A stretch of 32,000 nucleotides of DNA, from assembly GCF_000803625.1 (NCBI RefSeq), contig NZ_CP007496.1:570001-602000 (forward strand). The letters are read 5' to 3'. Every line of letters begins with the position of its first letter. Within the stretch, counting starts at the first letter, position 1. This DNA comes from Candidatus Nanosynbacter lyticus. Lineage in GTDB: Bacteria; Patescibacteriota; Saccharimonadia; Saccharimonadales; Saccharimonadaceae. The translations under genes and the position numbers were made by a program. Below the pieces are notes generated by a model. It was not told the DNA's origin. It worked only from the letters and a program-made list of their open reading frames with translations, and did not search any database. Shown here piece by piece: positions 9,070 to 18,907 of the stretch.

Positions 9070-9129
9070 CCTTCTATTATACTATGCTGGCTTTTTTTTA
9101 GCGACGGTAGTACAATAATCATAAGAATT

Positions 9130-10908
9130 ATGCGCATTTCAGATCAAACAATTGAAAGCATTCTGAAAGAAGGTGGGACTATCGATGAATCGCAGCTTGC
9201 CGATTTAAAGCTGCTCGCTGAACGATCAAAACAAACATTGCAAGAAGCCATTATTGAACAAAAGGTTCTATCCGAAGAGGACCTGACAAAGCTAATTAGT
9301 GACTATATCGGCGTACCTTTCGTTAGAATCGAACCAAAAGATATTCCCGAAGAAGTATTAAAGCGGATTCCTGAACATATCGCACGCCAGTATAATGTTG
9401 TACTCTTCGAAAAAAATGATGATGAGAGTCTGTCTCTGGCTATGGAGGACCCAGACGACGTTCAGGCGCTAAACTTCATCCAAAAAGAAATTGGCTACAA
9501 TACTAAAGTTTTTCTGGCGACAAGAAGCAATATCTTAGACTGCTTAGATAACTATCGAGGAAATATCGATGCTGAGCTAGACGAAGTTATTGCCGTACAA
9601 AAAGATGCTTCGGCTGACGATCAAAATGTCAGTCAGGACGATTTTGCGGAAAACTCACCAATTGCCCAGACTGTTAACCTACTGCTAGAGTACGCCATTA
9701 AATCCAATGCTTCTGATATCCATATTGAGCCGCGCGAAGATTACGTCCAGGTCCGCTACCGAATTGATGGCGTTCTAAAAGAAGTTAATAAGCTGCCACG
9801 CAACGTCCATGGAGCTTTAGTTAGTCGTATCAAAATCTTATCTAATCTAAAAATCGACGAACGCCGCGTACCTCAAGACGGACGCTTTAAGATAAAACTT
9901 TCTTCAAAACAATATGCCTTTCGTGTTTCAACATTACCAATCACCGATGGCGAGAAAGTGGTGATGCGTATTCTGGACGAGTCAAACCAGGCAATTTCGC
10001 TCGACAAACTTGGCTACTGGGGACTATCGCTTGCTACTGTAAAAGACGCCATGGCGCAACCAAACGGTATGATTCTAGTGACTGGGCCGACTGGTTCAGG
10101 AAAATCGACTTCTCTGTTTAGTGTGTTGTCGGAGCTTAATACGCCAGATGTTAATATTTCGACAATTGAAGACCCAGTTGAATACAAAATCCCTGGCGTC
10201 AACCAAACTCAGACCAACGCCAAAGCCGGCATGACCTTTGCTTCAGGACTACGCGCATTGCTCCGCCAAGACCCGAACATCATCATGGTTGGAGAGATCC
10301 GTGACGGCGAAACCGCCAACTTAGGCGTGCAGGCGGCGCTGACTGGACACTTGGTGTTTTCCACCCTGCACACCAACAATGCAGCAACCTGTTTGCCGCG
10401 TCTGCTGGACATGGGAATTGAACCCTTCTTGATCGCTTCGACAGTCAAGGCGGTGATTGGTCAGCGATTAGTACGAAGGCTCTGCATGAACTGCCGTCAG
10501 GAATATACACCAAACCAAGAAGAATTGAAATACATCACCGAGATGTTTAATATTGACACCAAGTCAATTAAAAAAATTCATGACTTAGAGCAGCAGGCTT
10601 TTGATGACAAAATTGGTGGCGACACACCAATGGGCTCAACCGAGCAAACAATCGCCCGGCTATGGAAGCCAAACCCTGAAGGCTGTGACGAATGTGGACA
10701 TAACGGCTTTAAAGGACGTGTTGGTATTTACGAGGTTCTCGGCATTTCTATCCCTATTCAAAAAATGATTACCGCCAATGCCACCAGTAACGACATCCAG
10801 GATCAAGCAATTTCTGAAGGCATGGTAACTATGCAGATGGACGGCCTCATTAAATCACTGCGCGGAATCACAACAACTGAAGAAGTATTGAGGGCAACAA
10901 GGGAGTAG
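9130..10908 (+). CDS. pilB: Type IV pilus assembly ATPase (PilB/GspE family)
   Basis: Walker A GPTGSGKSTSLFSVL, Asp box and Walker B (GEIRDGETANLGVQAALTGHLVFSTLHTN), tetra-Cys zinc motif (CMNCRQEY...CDECGHNGFKGR). Confidence 0.93.
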   Translation: MRISDQTIESILKEGGTIDESQLADLKLLAERSKQTLQEAIIEQKVLSEEDLTKLISDYIGVPFVRIEPKDIPEEVLKRIPEHIARQYNVVLFEKNDDESLSLAMEDPDDVQALNFIQKEIGYNTKVFLATRSNILDCLDNYRGNIDAELDEVIAVQKDASADDQNVSQDDFAENSPIAQTVNLLLEYAIKSNASDIHIEPREDYVQVRYRIDGVLKEVNKLPRNVHGALVSRIKILSNLKIDERRVPQDGRFKIKLSSKQYAFRVSTLPITDGEKVVMRILDESNQAISLDKLGYWGLSLATVKDAMAQPNGMILVTGPTGSGKSTSLFSVLSELNTPDVNISTIEDPVEYKIPGVNQTQTNAKAGMTFASGLRALLRQDPNIIMVGEIRDGETANLGVQAALTGHLVFSTLHTNNAATCLPRLLDMGIEPFLIASTVKAVIGQRLVRRLCMNCRQEYTPNQEELKYITEMFNIDTKSIKKIHDLEQQAFDDKIGGDTPMGSTEQTIARLWKPNPEGCDECGHNGFKGRVGIYEVLGISIPIQKMITANATSNDIQDQAISEGMVTMQMDGLIKSLRGITTTEEVLRATRE

Positions 10909-10912
10909 CATC

Positions 10913-12139
10913 ATGCCAGTCTTTGAATATTTACTTATCAATAAGAAAAAAGAGACCGTCTCCTCAACAATAGAGGCGGCCGATAAACTATCAGCCATCA
11001 ACACCTTAAAATCACGCGGACAATTGATAAAAATCGAAGAAAAAAGTGCAAAAAAATCTGCCGGTTTTTCGTTTGGCAAAAAAAAGAAAGGCGCCAAAAC
11101 TGACGAGTTGGTGATGTTTACACGCCAATTAAGTGCCATGGTTTCAGCTGGCGTACCGATTCTTCGTTCGCTAAATTCAATGGCCAAGCACGCTGAGAGC
11201 GCCGGTTTCCGAGAAACAATTAATGCTGTCATTAAAGACATCGAAGGTGGTATGTCATTTGCTGATGCTCTAGGAAAACATCCAGAAACCTTCAATGACA
11301 TCTACGTCAATATGGTAGCCGCTGGTGAAACCGGAGGTATTCTGGACGACATTTTGAAACGATTAGCCTTGCAACAAGAAAAAAACTCATCCATGAAGAA
11401 AAAGATTAAAGGGGCTATGACATACCCAATCGTTCTTTTGGCAATAACCATCATTGCATTCTTTATTTTGATGACCTTTATCATTCCAGTCATCGGTAAG
11501 ACTATTAAAGACATGGGTGGGCCAGATGCTAAGCTGCCGCTGCTCACTGAAATCATGCTCGGCATTAGCGACTTTATGGTGTCATTCTGGTATTTGATTG
11601 TCCCGGCATTCATCGGCGGAATTTGGGCACTAATTCGCTACATTAAAACCCCAAAGGGACGCGTTAAATTCCACCACATCATCATTAAGGTTCCTGCGGT
11701 TGGGGCAATTGTTAGAAAAGTAGCAATTGCAAGATTCACAAGAACCTTCTCCGCTCTCATCGGCGCCGGCGTAGCCGTGTTAGAGGCTCTGGACGTCACC
11801 TCCCGCGCAGTTGGCAACGTTGTCTACGAAGAATCCTTGAAGGAAGCCACCAAGCGCGTCCAAAATGGTGAAGTCTTGTCGAGGATTATCGCCGAGAGGG
11901 ATGATTTGTATCCACCAATTGTTGCTCAGATGCTATCTGTCGGTGAAGAGACTGGACAAACAGACAAAGTGCTTATCAAGGTTGCCGACTTTTACGAAGA
12001 AGAAGTTGACACTGCGATTGACGGAGTCAGTTCCATTATCGAGCCAGTAATGATTGTGGCAATGGGTGGCGTGATTGCTTTGGTGGCAGTCAGTGTGATG
12101 GGGCCAATTACCAGCATGGCAGGACAAGTTAAGGGATAG
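10913..12139 (+). CDS. pilC: Type IV pilus inner-membrane platform protein (PilC/GspF family)
   Basis: FTRQLSAMVSAGVPILRSLNSMAKHAE, GMSFADALGKHP, and the repeated T2SSF domain with FTRTFSALIGAGVAVLEALDV. Confidence 0.93.
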   Translation: MPVFEYLLINKKKETVSSTIEAADKLSAINTLKSRGQLIKIEEKSAKKSAGFSFGKKKKGAKTDELVMFTRQLSAMVSAGVPILRSLNSMAKHAESAGFRETINAVIKDIEGGMSFADALGKHPETFNDIYVNMVAAGETGGILDDILKRLALQQEKNSSMKKKIKGAMTYPIVLLAITIIAFFILMTFIIPVIGKTIKDMGGPDAKLPLLTEIMLGISDFMVSFWYLIVPAFIGGIWALIRYIKTPKGRVKFHHIIIKVPAVGAIVRKVAIARFTRTFSALIGAGVAVLEALDVTSRAVGNVVYEESLKEATKRVQNGEVLSRIIAERDDLYPPIVAQMLSVGEETGQTDKVLIKVADFYEEEVDTAIDGVSSIIEPVMIVAMGGVIALVAVSVMGPITSMAGQVKG

Positions 12140-12191
12140 TTTTTCAAAAAAGCTTATGCTATAATACTGGTATATAGGTGGGAAGAAGAAA

Positions 12192-13244
12192 GTGTCGAGT
12201 ATATTTTATAGAAAAAAACCAATAATCGGCTTAGATATCAGTAGAACGAGCATTAAAATTATGTCAATTGACAAAACTCGTATGCTGGTTCATGGTTATG
12301 GCTCAATTAACCTTGACTCCCAACAAAATGATGGCAATTCTAATGATAACGTTGAATACCTAGCTCAAAACATAAAAGAGCTATTAAAGAATAACATTGT
12401 TGGACAGATTGACAGTAATCGCGTAGCTATTGGTATTCCAACCAGCCGAACATTTTCGCGGACATTCACCCTGCCCATGAAAGAAGAAGCTAATATAATT
12501 AGTGCGGTAAATCTGGAGGTTGAACAGTATATTCCAGCTCCACTTGATTCACTTTATGTAGATTACAGAATTATCAATCGCTCAAAAGATGAGCTTAGCG
12601 TGCTAATGTGTGCCGCTCCAAAAAAGATGATTGACAGCATGCTAGATGCCGCGCAGCGATGCGGATTAGAAGTTGCAGCTATCGAGCCAAATATTAATGC
12701 GATATCAAGGCTCCTAAAGAAAACCGAAGAAGGCATGCTACCAACAGTTATCGTTGATATCGGTACATCAGCTACCGACATAGCTATCTTAGACTCTGAT
12801 ATCCGCGTGACTGGAGGGTCTAATGTTGGCGGCTACACGCTAACCCTAAACCTAGCTAAGAAAATGAACGTGCCAATTGAAACTGCTCATCAATTTAAAG
12901 TCCTAAATGGGCTCAATCCTGGACCAAGGCAAGCTCGCATTACCGGAGCTCTGCAGCCAAGTCTGCATAAAATGACTAACGAGATTAAACGCGTTATGCG
13001 ATACTACACCGACCGATTCCCGGATGAGAGAAAAATTGAACAGATACTTATCGTTGGTGGCGGCGGAAATGTGCCAGGAATTGGAGAATTTTTCACCAAT
13101 GAGCTATTAATGCCAGCCCGCGTAGCCAGCCCATGGCAGTTATTAAATTTCGGTAATCTCGAACAGCCAGCCAAACAATTGAGGTCCCAGCTTTCGCCCG
13201 TCGCAGGACTAGCGCTTATTCGACAGGAGGATATTTATGATTAA
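12192..13244 (+). CDS. pilM: Type IV pilus assembly protein PilM (actin-like ATPase), GTG start
   Basis: IIGLDISRTSIKIMSID, TVIVDIGTSATDIAILDSD and ILIVGGGGNVPGIGEFF; sits between pilC and pilN. Confidence 0.9.
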   Translation: MSSIFYRKKPIIGLDISRTSIKIMSIDKTRMLVHGYGSINLDSQQNDGNSNDNVEYLAQNIKELLKNNIVGQIDSNRVAIGIPTSRTFSRTFTLPMKEEANIISAVNLEVEQYIPAPLDSLYVDYRIINRSKDELSVLMCAAPKKMIDSMLDAAQRCGLEVAAIEPNINAISRLLKKTEEGMLPTVIVDIGTSATDIAILDSDIRVTGGSNVGGYTLTLNLAKKMNVPIETAHQFKVLNGLNPGPRQARITGALQPSLHKMTNEIKRVMRYYTDRFPDERKIEQILIVGGGGNVPGIGEFFTNELLMPARVASPWQLLNFGNLEQPAKQLRSQLSPVAGLALIRQEDIYD

Positions 13245-13806
13245 TCTTCTGCCTCCTCAAGAAAAAAAGCAGATCAGAGCCGGACGGGTCAATATAATAC
13301 TAAGGCGATACTGCATAATATCATTGGTATTTGCCGGCTTGTTATTCTTAACAATCGGCGGATTTTATCTATTCCTAGAAAACAGTAAAACAGCAGCCCA
13401 AAACAATATTAACGAAGGAAACGCCAAACTAGCTCAACACCAATCAACTCAAAAAGACGTTGATGGATTTATAAAAGACCTAGCTGATGCTAAGGCTATT
13501 ATTGGCAGCGAGGCTCACTACTCATCAATTATTCCTAAAATTGCCCAGCACATTCCGTCTGGTATAGTTTTAGAATCACTAACCTTAGACACTTCCGCTC
13601 TAGATAAACCAATATCATTAATCGCACTTGGAAAAACTAAAGACGACTCTATACGACTAAAAACAAATCTTGAGAAATCAGAAATTTTTAAAGATGTCCA
13701 CCTAGAAAGCATAGTATATAGCGACGGAAAAGCAGAAAAGTCCTCAGACTACCCCGTCGTAATAACGATTAGTGTTACGCCGAAGCCGGAGGTGTTAAAG
13801 CAATGA
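13237..13806 (+). CDS. pilN: PilN-like pilus assembly protein
   Basis: Starts MINLLPPQEKKQIRAGR, followed by one TM helix and a periplasmic PilN-like domain; overlaps pilM. Confidence 0.8.
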   Translation: MINLLPPQEKKQIRAGRVNIILRRYCIISLVFAGLLFLTIGGFYLFLENSKTAAQNNINEGNAKLAQHQSTQKDVDGFIKDLADAKAIIGSEAHYSSIIPKIAQHIPSGIVLESLTLDTSALDKPISLIALGKTKDDSIRLKTNLEKSEIFKDVHLESIVYSDGKAEKSSDYPVVITISVTPKPEVLKQ

Positions 13807-14396
13807 AAAAAGTATTAAATGCCAGCATCATGCGCATTATTATGACATTACTGCTCATTGTTATTCTGGCTGCAATGATTGGCGCTGTAACTTTTGCCTA
13901 CTCATTCCTCAGTAAAGCATCAGAAGACGTCGGAAAAATGCAAAACGAAGCAGTAGCTATTGACTCGAAAATACAGAATCTGCTTGTCCTAAAAGATCAG
14001 CTCGACAAAAACTCTGACATTGCTAAAAAAGCTAAAAATATAGTTTCCGAGTCAAAGATGTATCAATATCAAAATCAAATTGTACAAGATTTATCAACCT
14101 ATGCCGACCGCGCAGGTATTCCAATTCGCTCGTTTACTTTCCAGAGCGATTCAAAAAATTCAGCCCAATCTCCAGCCGCAAAAAAGAAAACCAATACTGG
14201 ACCGGCTGGCATTAAAAGCACCTTCGTATCTATCCAGCTAGGTGAAAAAATTGACTACGTACGTTTTCTACATTTCCTTAATTTGATTGAGAAAAACGTT
14301 ACTCGTATGCAGCTATCAGGCGTTGCGATTTCCAGAGCACCAGACAGTCGCGAGGTGTCAGTCCAAGAATTTGAAGTAAAGGTGTACACAAGATGA
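13803..14396 (+). CDS. pilO: PilO-like pilus assembly protein
   Basis: Single N-terminal TM, coiled coil and alpha/beta C-terminal region; position after pilN with ATGA-type overlap. Confidence 0.65.
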   Translation: MKKVLNASIMRIIMTLLLIVILAAMIGAVTFAYSFLSKASEDVGKMQNEAVAIDSKIQNLLVLKDQLDKNSDIAKKAKNIVSESKMYQYQNQIVQDLSTYADRAGIPIRSFTFQSDSKNSAQSPAAKKKTNTGPAGIKSTFVSIQLGEKIDYVRFLHFLNLIEKNVTRMQLSGVAISRAPDSREVSVQEFEVKVYTR

Positions 14397-14677
14397 AACC
14401 ATCGATATCAGAACAGCTTGAACCAATTATAAAGCCTCTATCAAAGTTTCTGTGGCGATTTCATGTTATGATCTACAGCATAGCCGTCATCGGAGGACTG
14501 TCAATTGCTATATTTACCTTAAGCGGTCTCCTTTCAATATCTAGTGAGCCAGCCCCAGCTTCATCAGCGACATTTGATAAAAAAACTATGAAGATAATTA
14601 AGAATTTTCGCACTTCAACTTCCGGTAATGATTCACTAACTTTGCCCGCCGGACGATCTAATCCATTTGCTGAATAA
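14393..14677 (+). CDS. Small bitopic membrane protein at the PilP position of the pilus operon
   Basis: 94 aa, one TM, C-terminus LTLPAGRSNPFAE. It is translationally coupled to pilO. Confidence 0.7.
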   Translation: MKPSISEQLEPIIKPLSKFLWRFHVMIYSIAVIGGLSIAIFTLSGLLSISSEPAPASSATFDKKTMKIIKNFRTSTSGNDSLTLPAGRSNPFAE

Positions 14678-14701
14678 AATATAACCATATATACTAAGAT
14701 T

Positions 14702-15289
14702 ATGCTTATTTCTTCGGACCGCTTTCTTAATACGCCTGTCATGAGCCTACAGACTGGCTCAGAATTAGCACGAACTTCACGAGAAATTATCAATCCAAAG
14801 AACTTATCTGTGATTGCCTATGAGCTTGAGGGGCGCCTTTTAGATCAATATCCAAGCTTACTTAGTGTTAATGATATCAGAGAAATTGGGCCGCTAGGCA
14901 TGATTATTGATTCAACTGATGAAATTATTGGTGTTGATGATGTTATTGCCATAAAAGAAATTTACGATATAGATTTTAGACTAAAAGACAAATTAGTTAC
15001 CGACGAGAAAAACCATAAAATCGGAAAAGTCATTGGCTACACCTTAGCCGCTGGTAATTTTATTATCCAACAATTGCGGGTCCGTCTACCACTATTAAAA
15101 AGTTTTGGCGATACGGAATTGCTTATTCACCGCTCGCAGATCGTTAAAGTAACTGACGATAGGATTATTGTAAAATCAGCAACAATATCACACATAGCTG
15201 AAAAAACACCCGCTCCAAACATAAACTCTTACGACAATCCTTTTCGCAAGCAGCCTCGTCCGCAACCAGAATCTACAAAAGTTGATTAA
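14702..15289 (+). CDS. PRC-barrel domain protein
   Basis: Two tandem PRC-barrel-like units: NTPVMSLQTGSELARTSREIINPKNLSVIAYEL and DKLVTDEKNHKIGKVIGYTL. Confidence 0.65.
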   Translation: MLISSDRFLNTPVMSLQTGSELARTSREIINPKNLSVIAYELEGRLLDQYPSLLSVNDIREIGPLGMIIDSTDEIIGVDDVIAIKEIYDIDFRLKDKLVTDEKNHKIGKVIGYTLAAGNFIIQQLRVRLPLLKSFGDTELLIHRSQIVKVTDDRIIVKSATISHIAEKTPAPNINSYDNPFRKQPRPQPESTKVD

Positions 15290-15939
15290 TCTTTTGGGTT
15301 TTCAAGAGCCTTCTTAATGTCGTCGTAAGAAAAACCCTGTCTAGCCAAATATTGCATTAACTTCTGCTGGTCGCTATATCGATAACGTTTTTTATCAATA
15401 ACCTTCCGCAATTCCTCGTCATCAGAGCGAATATTCTCTTTAACTAACGACTCAATTGTTGTATTATCAATTCCCTTTTGCGCCAGTTCCAATTTCAAAC
15501 GACGAATACTGGCGCCTTTTTTTATAAATCGCTGCTCAAACCAAAATCGAGCAAATTTTTCATCGTCCAAATATTTTTTCTCAATAAGACGATCCAAGAC
15601 GCGCTCGGTAATCTCCAGCTTTATTCCAGGACGCTCAATAATTTTTCCAGTTTTCACTGAACGTCGACGAGTGGCTAGCGTTTTCCGACGCAGGTAATCA
15701 CGCACTTCTTTGATGGCTCGCGGACGCATTAAGCAGTATTCTATAGACCTAGCATACAACTTGCCAAATTGACTATCGTCTTCTAGTTTCGAAATTTCCT
15801 CTTCCGTATATTCGCGACCAATTTTAACACCCAATTCACCGACCTGAAATACGTCCAAGCTAAAACGATATTTCCCGTCGACACTCACATTGACACGATT
15901 TTTATCACGAGCCTGAAGAGAAATATCGGTGATTTTCAT
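15286..15939 (-). CDS. recX: Regulatory protein RecX
   Basis: YCLMRPRAIKEVRDYLRRK, LDRLIEKKYLDDEKFARFWFEQR, QKLMQYLARQGFSYDDIKKAL; near recA. Confidence 0.88.
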   Translation of the reverse strand: MKITDISLQARDKNRVNVSVDGKYRFSLDVFQVGELGVKIGREYTEEEISKLEDDSQFGKLYARSIEYCLMRPRAIKEVRDYLRRKTLATRRRSVKTGKIIERPGIKLEITERVLDRLIEKKYLDDEKFARFWFEQRFIKKGASIRRLKLELAQKGIDNTTIESLVKENIRSDDEELRKVIDKKRYRYSDQQKLMQYLARQGFSYDDIKKALENPKD

Positions 15940-15981
15940 AAAACTATTATAGCACTAAAACTATACGTAGCTACTGGTGGA

Positions 15982-16506
15982 CTATTCGACTACCTCAACC
16001 ACTTTGCCATGTACGCCGTTATAACAAGCAGCGGCACGCGGCTTAGTAATAACCGGCAGTTGGCGCGGAATGGCACTCATATTGACATCGCCAAGCGTAC
16101 CAGCCTCGACACACCCAAGCGTAATGCGTGGACGAAATCCATCGATATCCAGCCCTGGATGAATGTCGTCCAGTATTTCAAGCAACTTCCGACGCACTTC
16201 AACCATCCAGGAGGTTTTCTGTACGCGCAACTCAACCCAAACACAGTTACCAACTTCATCTGGCAAGAAGTTGACACCGTCAAGTACCAGTTTGTCTAGG
16301 GACGGCAGCGCGGCGGCAGCTAACTTGAGACGCGGTATATCCTGCTCAGCTACATTGATCAGCGTTGCGTGCGGAATAAACTCACCGAAATCAAGATTCA
16401 TTTTTTCCGACAGTTCTCGAAGGTAAGTAGTCTGCTCGTCATCAAAAATAAGATTAACTGACGCCATATGCTTTTCGGCTGAATATCTGGACTCTACTGC
16501 TCGCAT
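15982..16506 (-). CDS. 2H phosphoesterase / 2'-5' RNA ligase-like protein
   Basis: PHATLI motif and a second motif RPRITLG in 2H-like spacing; coupled to the recA stop. Confidence 0.55.
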   Translation of the reverse strand: MRAVESRYSAEKHMASVNLIFDDEQTTYLRELSEKMNLDFGEFIPHATLINVAEQDIPRLKLAAAALPSLDKLVLDGVNFLPDEVGNCVWVELRVQKTSWMVEVRRKLLEILDDIHPGLDIDGFRPRITLGCVEAGTLGDVNMSAIPRQLPVITKPRAAACYNGVHGKVVEVVE

Positions 16507-17561
16507 TAACTTTCCGCTTCCTTCACTTTATCACGAACTTTCTGGTCAATTTCCGCCAAAACTTTAGGATTTTCTTTTAGGTAAGCTTTAGACTTATCAC
16601 GCCCCTGACCAATAGTTTCGCCGTTATACTTATAGAAAGCACCCGATTTTTCAACAATGCCGTGCGTAGCCGCCAAGTCCAGAATGTCGCCAGTCTTAGA
16701 AATACCCTCATTATACATAATGTCAAACTCAGCGATGCGGAATGGCGGCGCAATCTTATTTTTCACCACCTTGATCTTGGTGCGGTTACCGATGATGTCA
16801 TCACCAACCTTGATCTGCCCGATCCGGCGAATATCCACCCGCTGCGAGGCATAAAACTTCAGTGCGTTACCACCCGTCGTAGTCTCAGGATTGCCAAACA
16901 TCACACCAATCTTCATGCGAATTTGGTTGATGAAAATCACTGTCGCTTTCGATTTGTTAATGATACCAGTCAATTTACGCAGTGCTTGGCTCATCAGCCG
17001 TGCCTGCAGACCCATGTGCGAATCACCCATGTCGCCATCAATTTCTGCTTGCGGTGTCAACGCTGCCACCGAGTCAACCACAACCAAATCAACCGCATTT
17101 GATCGAACTAGCGTTTCTGCAATTTCCAACGCCTGCTCACCATTGTCTGGCTGTGACACCAGCAGATTTTCCGTATCCACACCCAAACGCTTGGCGTAGC
17201 TTGGGTCAAGCGCATGCTCGGCATCAATAAACGCTGCCGTACCGCCCTGCTTTTGGACCTCAGCAATGGCGTGTAGAGTCAATGTCGTCTTACCCGAGCT
17301 TTCCGGACCATAAATCTCAATAATGCGACCCTTTGGATAACCGCCACCCAAAGCTAAATCTAAACTTAGAGCGCCCGAAGGAATTACCTCAACATCAACC
17401 TTATGAGCCTCGCCAAGCTTCATAATTGATCCATCACCGAACTGCTTAGTGATCTGATCCATCGCCAGACCTAACGCTTTCAATTTCCCGTCATCAACTT
17501 TTTTATCTGATGCTTGACTTGGCTTCTCTGAATTTACTGTTTTACTGTCTGATTTTGCCAT
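16506..17561 (-). CDS. recA: Recombinase RecA
   Basis: [73 protein letters not shown]. Purine-rich SD (AAGGAGG) upstream. Confidence 0.97.
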   Translation of the reverse strand: MAKSDSKTVNSEKPSQASDKKVDDGKLKALGLAMDQITKQFGDGSIMKLGEAHKVDVEVIPSGALSLDLALGGGYPKGRIIEIYGPESSGKTTLTLHAIAEVQKQGGTAAFIDAEHALDPSYAKRLGVDTENLLVSQPDNGEQALEIAETLVRSNAVDLVVVDSVAALTPQAEIDGDMGDSHMGLQARLMSQALRKLTGIINKSKATVIFINQIRMKIGVMFGNPETTTGGNALKFYASQRVDIRRIGQIKVGDDIIGNRTKIKVVKNKIAPPFRIAEFDIMYNEGISKTGDILDLAATHGIVEKSGAFYKYNGETIGQGRDKSKAYLKENPKVLAEIDQKVRDKVKEAES

Positions 17562-17628
17562 AGCATTCCCTCCTTAGTTACTACCTTTATTATACCGATT
17601 TGTCACAATATTTGCTATAATTAAATTC

Positions 17629-18021
17629 ATGAATAAGCGAAACGGTTTCACGATTATTGAACTTCTGGTTGTAGCAACTTTTTTGATCATTATTGCAATA
17701 TTAGGTTTTTCGCAATATACCAAATTAACCAATGAGTCAAACAACACAAAAAAACGCACCGCGATTAACGCCATGCATTATAGTCTGGAAGAAGGTTTTT
17801 ACGTTAAAAATGGCTATTACCCAGAGAAATTAGAAGACTCGACATTGTCGACTATGGACCCTGAGTTACTAAAAGACCCAAATGGTAAGAAAATTGGCGA
17901 AAAAGACAGTAGCTATCGCTACGAATCCTCAAACTGCAATGGAGGAAAATGCAAATCCTATAAACTGGTCGCAACCCTTATTGGCGAAGACGACTACATA
18001 AAAGAAAGTCGCCACAAATAA
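17629..18021 (+). CDS. Type IV prepilin-like protein with class III signal peptide
   Basis: MNKRNG^FTIIELLVVATFLIIIAILGFSQYTKL: canonical prepilin peptidase site with Glu5 and a hydrophobic helix. Confidence 0.85.
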   Translation: MNKRNGFTIIELLVVATFLIIIAILGFSQYTKLTNESNNTKKRTAINAMHYSLEEGFYVKNGYYPEKLEDSTLSTMDPELLKDPNGKKIGEKDSSYRYESSNCNGGKCKSYKLVATLIGEDDYIKESRHK

Positions 18022-18852
18022 TTAATCGTCAACAGGACGACCGTTTTTGAAGTCCTCAATAGCGTTATTGATAATCGCAATCTGCTCACGCGGATTTGCT
18101 ACAAAATGAAATCTATAAGTCGTTTCTTCACCCTCGGTGCTAAGACGAATAGTGCCGTAATTAAATATCGTCTGGATAATCCCCGACTGTCGGAAACTAG
18201 CATCCTCAATACTACCCAGGCTCACCGTCTGCTCACGTCGAGAAAACAGGCTTTCTTGGATTTCCTGAATGACACTTTCATTAGTCATGAAGAATTGATT
18301 CTGTAGATATATCCATAGAGATACCGCGCCGCCAAGCACTACAAGACCAATAAGCAGCATCGCTACACCAAAAATATCAGTGACGGAAGGCATAATTGGC
18401 AGGATTGAATCGCGAGCAATTGACGGATAAAACAGCACGAATATCATAATTATCACTACCAAAAAAATTGAAACTATCGCTGGAATCAACATGCCAATTG
18501 GATGACGCTTAATATCTAAAATTACGTACTCACCCTCGCTTAAATTAAGATTTGGATATTGCTGAACTGACTTTTCATGTTTCTTTTTCAGCTCATCGCT
18601 AATAGTAAAAGGCTTTGGATCAATCTCGCGCGCTACATGCACAACTTGCGGCTCATTAGCGTATTGACTGCGCAATCGCGGATCAAAATTCTCCCCATCA
18701 ATAATTCCTGGACGCGTCGTTACATGAGAGTTTGTTTGCGCCACCACCGGAGCTGGTCTGCCAGTCTGAGGCGGGTGATGATAAAGCGGGCGGCCGTCAG
18801 CATCATAAGCTACTGGCTGCGTCAAATCTTCCGATGGTGTTTGCGGATTCAT
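18022..18852 (-). CDS. PH-domain (DUF304/YdbT-like) membrane protein
   Basis: Two TM helices followed by NQFFMTNESVIQEIQESLFSRREQTVSLGSIEDASFRQSGIIQTIFNYGTIRLSTEGEETTYRF, typical of bacterial PH domains. Confidence 0.75.
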   Translation of the reverse strand: MNPQTPSEDLTQPVAYDADGRPLYHHPPQTGRPAPVVAQTNSHVTTRPGIIDGENFDPRLRSQYANEPQVVHVAREIDPKPFTISDELKKKHEKSVQQYPNLNLSEGEYVILDIKRHPIGMLIPAIVSIFLVVIIMIFVLFYPSIARDSILPIMPSVTDIFGVAMLLIGLVVLGGAVSLWIYLQNQFFMTNESVIQEIQESLFSRREQTVSLGSIEDASFRQSGIIQTIFNYGTIRLSTEGEETTYRFHFVANPREQIAIINNAIEDFKNGRPVDD

Positions 18853-18907
18853 GACAATATTATAACATACCCTCTTCGGTATATTCGACTTAACTAATCT
18901 AATAATT

